From: Felis catus
Lineage: Eukaryota
Direction: 5' to 3'
Assembly: GCF_018350175.1 (NCBI RefSeq)
Contig: NC_058368.1
Coordinates: 14,386,001 to 14,450,000, forward strand
DNA: 64,000 bases
In this document: positions 25,701-37,369 of the stretch, one piece after another
Position numbering within the stretch: position 1 is the first letter of the stretch
Layout: each line of letters begins with the position of its first letter
The notes under the pieces: model-generated
Seen by the model: the letters and a program-made list of their open reading frames with translations, nothing else
Told to the model about the DNA's origin: nothing
Databases searched by the model: none
Position numbers and translations under genes: made by a program

Positions 25701-26370
25701 GTTTTCTCTTGTCTGTACCATATGGTATATGTGCAATCAAAAGTTTACTGTCTTTTTGCGTTGATCCCATATTTTAGGTTTCCGAGTGTCTACATTCCGT
25801 GGCTTTTTTTCCATCCTGGCATTCCCTGATTTCTGCATAGCATTTGACACTGAGTTTCCAAAATCCCCAATAGCTATGCCACTAATTCACTGGCCCTGAA
25901 GTCTTTTTCACCGGCTGTTCTTCCTTCTGCTGTGCCCTCTTGATATAGATTCTCCCATTCTCAAAGGTGTGTTTTTTCCACCTCCTGGATTCTCTGCCAC
26001 AGAGATCGAATCTCTTTCCATGCCTTCAGCTTTCTCTCTGTATACATGATGCCAAACATCTTGCAATCACGCCTTCTCTGCACAGCTCCATTTTCTTAGC
26101 TACCTGCTCTGCTGAACAGCCCTCTGAGGATGCTTTGTGGCCTCAAACCAAACTCAGCATTTTCCTTTTCTTCTCAAATTTCCTCTTCCTTATTTTAAAA
26201 GAGACCATGTTCTTCTCATCATCCAGGCCTTCTTGCCAATTTGAATTAGTTAGAAGTTTTTTAACCTCACATTAAAATCTCTCCTTCCTCTTTAGACTGC
26301 TGGAGTCCACCCCACGTCCCTTCTCCATCTTTTATAGACCAGCCATCCTTCAAGGCTCTCATCCAATTTC

Positions 26371-26619
26371 ATCTTTTTTTGTGTGTTTTCAAATTATTTG
26401 TACTGGTTTTTGTACTGGAGAAGGGGAATGGGTGGAGAGAGAGAGGGAGGGAGTGCATGAGCGGGGAGGGGCAGAGAGAGGGAGATGGAGAATCCAAAGC
26501 AGGCTCCAGGCTCTGAGTGGTCAGCACAGAGTCCAGTGCAGGACTCGAACTCACAAACCATGAAATCGTGACCTGAACCGAAGTCGGAAGGTTAACTGAC
26601 TGAGCCATCCAGGCACCCC
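26371..26619 (-). mobile_element. Can-SINE
   Basis: Reverse-complement head ...gagccatccaggcacccc. Confidence 0.92.
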
Positions 26620-26822
26620 TGCCTTCTTTAATAGGAGGTTTTCCCCAGACCCATCCGATGTATATATTTCTCTCTTCTTTAAATCTCCAAACACTTAATT
26701 TGTATCCAAGCTTTCCTGGCTCCAAAGTTCATGAAACCTAACAGAAAACTCAATAAATATTTGTTAATTGAGTTAAATCAAATTCTCTAACAACCTCAAT
26801 CAAATATTTTTAATTTATATCA

Positions 26823-27023
26823 TTTTTTTTAATTTAATGCTTATTTTTGAGAGAGAGTGTGTGCGAGGGAGGGTCAGAGAGAGAGGGAGACACAGAATCT
26901 GAAGCAGGCTCCAGTGTCTGAGCTGTCAGCACAGAGCCCAATGCAGGACTCGAACTCACGAACTGCAAATCATGCCCTGAGCCTAAGTCAGACACTTAAC
27001 CAACTGAGCCACCCTGGTGCGCC
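26823..27023 (-). mobile_element. Can-SINE
   Basis: TSD tatatcatttt. Confidence 0.93.
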
Positions 27024-27429
27024 TATATATATCATTTTTCTTTTTACTTGAATGAGCCTGGCTTTCCCATGTCAAAATTTAATATTAATCTTTTGATTAT
27101 TTATTTTACATTTTGGAGGACTTTCTTTGTTGCTGAACTTGCATCCGTACATCCTGATTATCAAATACTTGCCATTTGTTGAACATGAACTTCCTGCATG
27201 CTTTCCACGGACCAGGCACTCTGTTCAGTCCCAGGGATGCTGAAGTGAACTAGTCCCTGCCTTCATGAAGTTTCCTGCTTAGTTGGGAAGATAGTACTCT
27301 TTTCCTATGATATTTGAATCAAATGTGTTAAACATGCCCACATTCTCTTACAGGTATATTTATGATAAATAGAGATAAGACAGAACTGTAGAGCACTTTG
27401 ATTATGTTAAATTTAGAAATATCTAAATC

Positions 27430-27610
27430 TTTATCCCTTATAACACCCCTAAAATGTAGATATTATTTATCCCCATCTTACAAATGAGGAAACAGACTGT
27501 GAGAGTCCAAATCGTTCGCCCCAAATCACAAAAGCAGTGAAGTGACAGGGCCAAAAGTGAGACTGAAGTTTGTTTAATGCCAGAGTCCGTGCTTTTCTGC
27601 TGTAGCACAC
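27430..27610 (-). mobile_element. MIR
   Basis: ttatccccatcttacaaatgaggaaacagact...aaatcaca. Confidence 0.75.
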
Positions 27611-28162
27611 AACTCTACATGACTTTGTCCCAAGAAAAGGGATGTTGCATGACAGGGTTCTTAACTTTGACTCACCCGTTTATCCAGTTGCCTTGACTTG
27701 TAGAGAAGGTGGGAAGCAGTAGTCATAATTATGCCACATGGTGGGTAGAATGATATTACTAATAACACTTCTGGAAAACACAGCCCCACAGTTTTAGGAG
27801 TGGAACTAAAACAACTTTCTTCTTTTGTGCACAAATGCCCAGTCGGGGTGGGGACACGTGGTTGCCCTGCTTGCTAAGCACTAGTCAGAGGATTCCAGTT
27901 ACTGGTATAATTTGGGTCAGGGAGGACGTGCTGTCCATCCTACCAAGCATTTGGGGGCGGCGTGTTGTGGAAACCTCAACTGACACTTTCTACTGCACTT
28001 GCTGCCGCTCCAGTGACTGAAGGAGAACAATTCTTAAGTGACCATAAGCCCCAACCAAGCACAGAAGATGTAAAAGGAGTCAGAATTCACTCCTTTCTCA
28101 TCCCTGCATTGAGCCAATTTTGGACTCCATTGTGGAGATGAGAAGTAAACATCAGTGGCTTC

Positions 28163-28378
28163 TTTTTTAATGTTTATTCATTTATTTACTTTTGAGAGAG
28201 AGAGACAGAGCGCGAACAGGGGAGGGGCTCTATAGAGAGGGAGACACAGGATCCGAAGCAGGCTCCAGGCTCCGAGCTGTCAGCAGAGAGCTTGACTTGG
28301 GGCTCCAACTCATGAATCGGGAGATCATGACCTGAGCTGAAGTCAGAAGCTTAACAGACTGAGCCACCCAGGTGCCCC
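28163..28378 (-). mobile_element. Can-SINE
   Basis: Typical antisense body and T-rich tail. Confidence 0.93.
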
Positions 28379-28494
28379 CCGCCCCCAGTAAAATTCTACT
28401 TAGCCTTCTAAACAGTCTTTCAAACTGCTTGTTAGCTTGTTATGCCTAAATTTCTTTCTCTTGCTTGCCTTTTAAATTCAAACTTCCCTTATGG

Positions 28495-28642
28495 CTTCTT
28501 TTGTCTTCTCTTCCTGTAAGCTGTTTTTTTTGTTTTTGTTTGTTTTGGTTTTATTTTTGTTTTTGTTTGTTTTTCTCCCCTTCTTTTGTCTTCTCTTCCC
28601 ATAAGCTGTTTGGGTGTTTGTTTGTTTGTTTGTTTGTTTTCT
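28495..28642. repeat. Tandem duplication (~85-bp period), each copy ending in (TTTG)n
   Basis: cttcttttgtcttctcttcc..taagctgttt at ~28495 and ~28580. Confidence 0.85.
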
Positions 28643-28921
28643 AATCCAATCTTTTTGGGGAGGAAATGTAGACATTTTCTCATGGTTTCACATTTTTCAA
28701 ATTTCAAAATTGTAGTCCACTTACCTGGGCACAAAATGACACTCCTTAGTATAAGTTAGGATTTGACTTTTATTTAATTACTTGCATCTAATATATTATT
28801 CTAATTTTATATTTCAACTTACAAATTCAAAGGTGCGATCATTCATGCCTCTCTAATTGGCTTTATATAGTGCCCATCACATTGACATTCCCAAATACTT
28901 ATATAGAAATGGTTTTGATGT

Positions 28922-29146
28922 GGGGCGCCTGGGTGGCGCAGTCGGTTAAGCGTCCGACTTCAGCCAGGTCACGATCTCGCGGTCCGTGAGTTCGAGCCCC
29001 GCGTCGGGCTCTGGGCTGAGGGCTCAGAGCCTAGAGCCTGTTTCTGATTCTGTGTCTCCCTCTCTCTCTGCCCCTCCCCCGTTCATGCTCTGTCTCTCTC
29101 TGTCCCAAAAATAAAATAAATGTTGGGAAAAAAAAAATTAAAAAAA
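28922..29146 (+). mobile_element. Young SINEC_Fc
   Basis: CpG-intact, near-consensus body; perfect 16-bp TSD agaaatggttttgatg. Confidence 0.97.
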
Positions 29147-30569
29147 AGAAATGGTTTTGATGATAAGATAATCTCCTTTAGTATTCAGACTGCCTAAACA
29201 TCCATGAGTGAAATACTATTTCATTTAGTTTTTAAAATAATATTATCCTTTCAATTACCACTCGATATAGACATGAGTCAGTATGCTTCATAGAGAAACT
29301 AAAGAGCATAACTTAATCTGATGACTTGGTTAAATAGAAGTCAAACCTAAGGTGTCTAACATTGGTATAGTGACCATGTATAACAATGCTTCCATGGTAA
29401 AAATGCATCAGAAAACCACTTCTCTCCCTATACTAGCAAGAGTGGGTATTTCTTCCCCTTAGCTTCAGCGGCACTGAGGACAGGGGATTTTGACTAGAAT
29501 AAGGGCCTGGAGACAGGTAGTAAGGGAAGATGTGCCAACAGTGTGACTAGTGACAAGTAGGTAAGAGTATCCAGGGTTAGAAGAGCATAGTGCCAATAAA
29601 TCTAGGACATTTTGTCACCAAGGCTGTCAGGGACACCAACCAAATGACCAGTTGCCTCTTTCTTTCTGACAGCTCCAAGGACTGATTCCTCCTCTCCCTT
29701 TTCCAGTACCGTTAAACGTTATTTTCAGCCTGATTTTCTTTTCTTCTTGACCCCGGAGGGGAAAAGCACACAGTCTTCTAGCTTCTCACAACTCTCCTCC
29801 TTAAACCAGAGTAAAGTTCTCTGGAAGTTTCTAAGTGTCTTTATTGATTCAGTTTGAGAGGTTGCTCTTGCAACTCATGGTTTATTTATGACATACCATA
29901 AACCCAACTTTTTTTTTTTTTTGACAAATTTTTACTGATGAGACTTCTGTCAAGGAGAGATCTTTTTATTTCCTCACATCTCTGCTTTGTTCATACAGAA
30001 GAAACTTCTGCACAAGCTTTTGATGCTCGTCCCATGAGAAAGGAATTTCTACTCTGATTTTCCAGAGCCAGAAGTATTCATTGGTCCATAAAAATTCACT
30101 ATTGGTCGGGTCAGTATAACGTTCACTTGTCAGTGCTCCCATGAGGTAAACACATCTGGACAGAGCTGATCCCTCAAGGTAGACTAGCCAGACTGTTTTA
30201 TTTTGTTCCATAGAATCATTAAGTTGAATAGGTTCCTTTTGAAGTCTAGCCAAAATTGTCCCCATAGGGTTATTCAGGTACATATACCCCAAGATCTCTT
30301 TTCATGCCAGACGTCATGGAAGCCTTGCTTCAGCTCCACACCAAATTCTTTAATCTAACTCTTGCCAAAATAGCCTTGCAACAAAAGGGGATATATCCGC
30401 TGTTAACTGTTTTAAAAAAATTCTTTAAAAAAAATTGCATCTGGTTATTATTCCCTCTTGTGTATTTTCTCAGTCAAGAACCCTCCCAGAGAAAGCAGAA
30501 CATGATAGGATTTAAGCAGCAAAATGCCACCCACGAGTTCTAATCCCGATTCCATTGTTAACACACGTG

Positions 30570-30849
30570 TACAAACTTTCAGGGAGCATTTGGTTTCAAG
30601 AGATAGAACTCAGATAGCTTAATCTAAAAGATCACTTAAGGGGCGCCTGGGTGGCGCAGTCGGTTAAGCGTCCGACTTCGGCCAGGTCACGATCTCACGG
30701 TCTGGGAGTTCGAGCCCCGCGTCAGGCTCTGGGCTGATGGCTCAGAGCCTGGAGCCTGTTTCCGATTCTGTGTCTCCCTCTCTCTCTGCCCCTCCCCCAT
30801 TCATGCTCAGTCTCTCTCTGTCCCAAAAATAAATAAACGTTGAAAAAAA

Positions 30850-30892
<43 letters not shown>

Positions 30893-31340
30893 AAGATCAC
30901 TTAAGCAGTTAAGAGTAGTTCATAGAACCAATGACAAGTGTAGCTGAGCCTGACAACAGACTGGAACTGAGAATTGGAAGACTTAAATTTCTAGAACCGG
31001 AAAGTCTTGACTTCTCCCTTTCTTGGCCATAAGATCTCTTGTCTTTGCTTCTGCTTACTTGTCATCGCTCCCCACATATCCGATTTCCCTAAATTCCCTG
31101 TTCAAAACCCAAAGGTAGCCACCACAGCTTTCTGCAATTCACTGCTGCTCCAATACCGACTAAAATTCCAATTTCACCTCCTAAGGAGAGGGAATCTCAT
31201 TGGCTAGTGTCTGCAGCAGGAGTTCGCCCTGGTCTACATCCGCTATGGCTAAGTAGAAGTGGGGGCACACATCGACAGAATTTGAAGGGTAGACCCCTGG
31301 GCGTATGGGAGAACTTCTCAGAGAAAAGGGGGATGGTTGG
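30570..31340. mobile_element. Old MaLR (MLT1-like) LTR interrupted by a young SINE
   Basis: gcatttggtttcaagagatagaactcagatagcttaa start and ggagagggaatctcattggctag, both MLT1-like. Confidence 0.5.
30640..30890 (+). mobile_element. Young SINEC_Fc with (AAAT)n tail
   Basis: CpG-intact body; TSD aaaagatcacttaag. Confidence 0.97.
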
Positions 31341-32494
31341 GACACACGCTCCAGAAAAGTCCTCTCTCTATTCCAGTGCTTCCTTCCCTCAGGTTACTGT
31401 GCCAGAAGAAAGAAGGAACAAGCACCCCATTTTAGAGGATGGCAGGAGGATTCTCAAATATGAAGCAGTCAACAGTAGGTCAGACAGGGGAGCAGGGCAT
31501 TCCATACAGACAGAAGGCACAAGGCTGCAAGGAGGGCCAAAGCACGCAGGGGTTCTGGGAACAGCAGAGCTCCGGTGGAGTGTGTGACGCAGGGGCAGGA
31601 GCGGAACCTGGAGATGGGAGCTGACAGGCAGCGGCCCTGTAGCTACCGGATGCCAGGGGTGGGGGTCAGGAGAGTGTGCAGGGCATTGCAGAGGCTACAT
31701 TAGAGGAGATCAGAGATCCAGGTAAAGGCTTTAGCAGTGGCAATGAAGAGGAAAGGGCAGATTCGAGAAGTCGTGTTTTGGAGCCAGAATCAACAAGATG
31801 GAGCCATCAGCTGGATATAGGGAGTGAAGTAACGGGAATGTTTACAGATACGTCCCAAATTTTAACTTTGATTACTTCAGGAATAGTAGTGCCATTCACT
31901 GAGAGGACGACAGGAACTTAACCACTCTTGTAGTTACCACTTGTTCTGAGTCCTACTGTTACACAGAAGCCCTGGGCCAAAGACGTTTCCATTCATTATT
32001 TTATTCAGTCAGCATAAAGGCTCTATGAATTTTGTATTATTGTCACTATTTTAGAGATAAGAAATACAAGCTCTCAAGAATTTAGGTACTTTGCATGTAC
32101 TCACATAACTCAAAGTGCGAAGTTAGTTTTCACATCCATTTCTGTCTGACTTTGGAATGATTGGTTACTGAGGTTTACTTTTCATAAGAAAACAGAGCAC
32201 GTTTTAAGGAAAATGTAACTTTCATTTTGGACATATTTCATTGAGTTTCCTGTGAGACATTCAGCTTAAGAGGTCTGATGGACATTGGACTATGGAACTG
32301 TAACTGATAAGTGGTCTGGGCTGGACACTCAGATTTGAGTCGGTGGCTTAACATGGGAACTCTTTAAGGAGGGCGGAAGGCCTTGCTCCCGGAGGGGAGA
32401 CCCACATAGTCACTAGGTAATGCAGAGGCCTGCCTCCGATGGGAGTTGCTTCACAATGTAAAAGAGGAATTATATTAAAATATATACAAGTCTT

Positions 32495-32621
32495 GGGCGT
32501 CTGGGTGGCTCAGTTGGTTGAGCATCTGACTTCAGCTCAGATCATGATCTCATGGTTTGTGGGTTCGAGCCCCACGTCAGGCTCTGCGCTGACAACTCAG
32601 AGCCTGGAGCCTGCTTCGGAT

Positions 32622-32669
<48 letters not shown>

Positions 32670-32724
32670 CCTCCCCTGTTTGTGCTCTGTCTCTCTCTCA
32701 AAAATAAACATTAAAAAAATGTTA
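32495..32724 (+). mobile_element. Can-SINE
   Basis: TSD atacaagtctt. Confidence 0.94.
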
Positions 32725-33056
32725 ATACATACAAGTCTTCAGAGCATTCATTTTTACTTTTAGGCATCTTTCTGCATCAGTTGTTACAGCCCTACTTTTT
32801 ACTTGTGTACAGGTTTTTTTCTTTTTTAAAGGTATTTACCAAGGATTTGTCAAATTTACTTGTCTTTTCAAAGAATCGGTTTTTAGACTTACAAGCTTTT
32901 CACTTTTTAATTTTCTAATGATTTTATTTTTAACTATTTTCCCTCCTTCTACGTTTTTCCTTTGGTATGTTTTTCTGTCATTTTTTAAAGATTTAAGTTT
33001 AACACTAAATTCACGTATCTTCTTTTCCTTTTTGACAGTTGAAATATTTAAAACTA

Positions 33057-33282
33057 GGGGCGGCTAGGTGGCCACGAGGGGAGGCTAGGTCAGTGAAGTG
33101 TCTAACTCTGGTTTCTGCCCAGGTCATGATCTCATTCATGGTTGGTGAGTTTGAGCCCCATGTCAGGTATTGTGCTGATAGCACAGACCCTGCTTGGGAT
33201 TCTCTCTCCCCCTCTCTCTGCCCCTCCACCAGTCACGCGCGCATGATCTCTCAATAAACAAACAAACAAACAAATAAGAAAC
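33057..33282 (+). mobile_element. Can-SINE with a rearranged 5' head
   Basis: ggctaggt is duplicated within the head; TSD atttaaaacta. Confidence 0.88.
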
Positions 33283-34924
33283 ATTTAAAACTAAGAACTT
33301 GTATTGACATTTTCATCATATTCCATGATAATATTTTAATATTTATTGTATCCTAAGTGCTCTGTTGCTGCGTTCATTCCTAACAGTGACAGTAATCCAA
33401 ATGAACCTTGGTAGGATGTCTTTAGTACTAAGTTCTTTTCAGGACACTGAACAGAGGAAGCTTCAGGGCTTCACTTGTTCCCTGTAGGTACACCACGTGT
33501 TGCCCAGCCAACTCAGAATCCATACCGAGGGTCTGTGCCATAGGTTAAAAAAGAGAGAAAGATCCCTCTCTTTCAGAATATGTTCCAAAGGAGCAAATCA
33601 GATCTTCTGGACATGTTCCAAACAACTAGTCAGCAATGAACATAGTCTGAGTGAGGAAAGGAGTCCAGGGAATGCCCGGGAGGTCCCTCCAGTACCCTCC
33701 CAACCTCCTGTTCCTGCTCTCTCCCACCCCCACCCCCAAGTACCTACCAGTGGTTCCTGTAAACTCCTTTTAGTTGGACTGTGCTTAACATATTAGCTCC
33801 ATAGATTATTTATTCTGATTAAGAGAAACTTCTCTATCAAGTTCTGTGTCATTGAACAGTATTGTTATTTTTTAATTCCTTTATTTTAACCTGGTATATT
33901 ACACTGAGTTTGTCATACTTAATCAGCAAACCAAGTGAAGATAAATATTTTCTAAGGATAACACAAATGGCATAATACATCACCTAGATTTCATTTTATA
34001 TTATTAAAAATAACATTAATTAGGGTATGTAAATGTACATTTTATAATTAAATTTACTGATTTATATATCATAGAAAAGTATAAAACACCTCTCTTCCAA
34101 ATAAAGTTTTATTTACACCATGGTAAACAGAACTATGGGCACTTATCTGTATGTTCCTCATCAGCATGCAAAGCATCTTGGGAAAGACTACCTGCACGAA
34201 TGAATAGGAAGCTTTTATCTAGACAGCATTACAAAGTTAGGGTATAATGTATTCTGATCGTTGATGTGGACCCATTTTTTTTTTATTGGGAAGTAAAACT
34301 GATGTCATTTGTTTAAAATTAATGCCAAGTCATAAAATTTATTAATTCTTAATTTTTTGAATGTCCTACCATATTTTAGAAAATATTTAAAGCAAATTGA
34401 TGCATATCAGAAATGAGCTACCATCAAAGCCTATTAAATGTTATTGCTTAAAACACTTAGTCTCTTTGCTTTAGTGCTTTGTATATCAAATCCTCAAATG
34501 TCTATCAAGATATACATTAAATGATTAACGAGATTTTGGCAAATATTACTGTATTAATGAAACAAAGGTGGGAAAACTTGCCCATATTTATGGAAAAGTG
34601 TTACTCTATATGGAAGCTGAGGTGGGATACTTGGGTTCTAGTGTCTGCTCTGCCAGGGATCCGATTTCTTGTGACCCTGATGGGAGTCAGTTAGCATCAC
34701 CAAGGCTTTTCTTCCTCAAGGGTAAAATGGGAATGAAACCTCCATCCCCACCCATTACGTGGTGAGGTTGTGATGATGAAATAAAGTTGAATGTTTGAAA
34801 ATGTTTGGTAAACGTAGATATAAAAGTATATATTCAGCACCTTTAATTTTGTTTTGTTAATATTTTACATTCTATTATTATGAAACAGTCAAATTATTAT
34901 GAAACTAGAAAAAAATCAGAGTAT

Positions 34925-35143
34925 GGGGCACCTGGGTGGCTCAGTCTGTTAAGTGTCCCACTTGGGCTCAGGTCATGATCTCACGGTTTGTGAATTGAAG
35001 CCCCACGTCAGGCTCTGTGCTGACATTTCAGAGCCTGGAAACGCTTCAGATTCTGTGTCTCCTTCTCTCTCTGCCCCTCCCCTGCTTGTGCTGTCTCTCA
35101 AAAATAAATAAATGTAAAAAAACTTTTTTAAAAAGAAAAAAAA
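34925..35143 (+). mobile_element. Can-SINE
   Basis: Head, CT tract and A-rich tail. Confidence 0.93.
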
Positions 35144-36309
35144 ATCTAAGAGTAGTATAACCAATGCCCTGTACCCTACACCCAACTTTAACATATCATA
35201 AAGCGATGCCATATTTGCTTCTGATGATTTTATGAAATAAAACATTACAGGTACAAGTTGTACCCTGTCATGGTTTCATTTTATTTCCTCTTTCTTAGGA
35301 ATTCCACATTGTTTTATAGATGAGTTGTAGTAATTTGATCCGGTTCAATTAGGCTTTCTACTCAGTTTTCACAGTTCATATATCCAACAGTTTTACTCCA
35401 AGAATGAGTATACCCATTATGATGGCTTTTAACAGAAGGGCAAGCCAATTACCTAGATTTCCAGAAGCACTCTATCCAGTCATTATCAAGAAAACCTATA
35501 ATCAGACTCTATTTTTCTTGTTTTGTTCCCATTCTAGATGTTAGTTGATGCTAAGCAAAAATAAAGAAGACATTCTTTGAAGTGCATATATACAGTAATA
35601 AAGATAGCTCATTGAAAATAGTTATTTTTCATGTTTTGAGGGATAGATAACCTAAGAACAGAAGCAATTTCATAACTTGATTAAAACTGCAATTGTAAGC
35701 AAATCTGGATGACAAATATGAATATTTACTGTAATGGGAATAAGGTTAATATTTTAAAACAAGGTTGACAGGAGAAAAATTGTCTTAGTTTGCAAAAAGG
35801 AAATTTGTTTCTTTAAGTGAAAATTGAGGTCAGTAGGCCATAGCTCTCCTTGCTCCTACATGACTGAAATGAATTAAATAATGCAGCAGGAAAGCAGTAC
35901 CGAGCAAACTAATGACAAAATTATACTGAAAGCTTGAGTAAAATCATTATATGTTAGCAACATGTATTTTGTATAAGAAAATATGAAATTTTAAATGTGT
36001 GTCCACTTCACTTTGACTGTCTTAGGATAGAAAAACAAAGTTCTTTTCTCTTGTGTTCATTAAAATCTCATGGTCCTTTTCTGGGGAGCAAGGGTCATAA
36101 CCACCATTTGGACATATTCCAGTTTGGGTGGCTGCATTCTGTCTACCTAGTGTGATTTCAGTGTGATTGGGTTCTTGTGAAAGACTTGTTCTATACAGCA
36201 GAAGCACTATCCACCCTCATATGCTATCCAGAGGGAGCATTATTTTGTAGAAGGTGAACCTAATTTTGTTTTGTTTACTCTTCTGGATTCTCTTAAGTGA
36301 AATAATGGT

Positions 36310-36510
36310 AGTGACTTTGCTAATCATGTGCTGTGTTCTAGGCATCGTGATAGATGCCCTATATCCACTGTCTAGTCCATAACAACCCTTTGAAGCAGAC
36401 CTCATTTTCACTATTTTACAGGTGAGGAAACAGGCTCAGAATGGTTGTAGAACTTGACCAGATTGGCCAGGCCAGCACGTGGCAGTTATTATATGCCAGC
36501 TCCATATTTT
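36310..36510 (-). mobile_element. MIR
   Basis: ccataacaaccctttgaagcag...attttacaggtgaggaaacaggctcaga. Confidence 0.8.
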
Positions 36511-37369
36511 CAGTGGTGACATTTTCAGTAATATATTTCAAATATATTAATATTTGATGTGATACTGCTACCACATATATGCTGAATATTATGATTCGTG
36601 ACCTTAAAAATAAGTGGGCATGGGAGCCTGCTTTTAGTTGACAGAATGAATAGCTCTTTAAGCCTGTTCCGTGCATTTATATAAACTGAGACATGCATAG
36701 AGAGCTGTATTTGGCTCTTTTGGTTCAGTGTGAATGCTGGCAGTTACACTACGGAAAATGTGAGTGAAAAATACTAATGAGTATGAGGTGTATTTTAATA
36801 TATAATTATTTATTTACATGTAGGCATATGCTGAACAAAGTATTAACCTATACATATATTACATGTAACTTCTCTGTGAAGAGTTATATGTAAATAGCTA
36901 TATGTCACCACATTGACATGGTGATCTTACTGAAACAACCTTATCTGATTCACAGAAATTAGTTAATCACTGTGATTTTTATTACAAGTCTTCATTCTTT
37001 AGTCCTTTGTGTCAAGTTATATAATATAAACATGACCCAAGTTGTAATGTTCTCAGTGGGTTGTATTTATTCGTAACGGCTCTTTTTCCCTACATCACAA
37101 AAGGAAGAAATACGTTCCAGCATCTGAAAATACTAGTTCTATCCTATTACTCTCTTCACACATATTGGTTCTCAGAGCACAAGAAAAAAAATCAGCACTA
37201 AAGCTACCTGGTGACCTTTACAAGAAAATTCTTTGAACATAAGGGATTGTGATATCAATAAACTAAATTGAAAAGTATTAAATTTATGATATGATACAGC
37301 CTCTCTTTGGGCAGGGACCGAGGTGGTCTTAATGTTCCTTTTTTCTGCACCCACATTATCAAAGTAACC

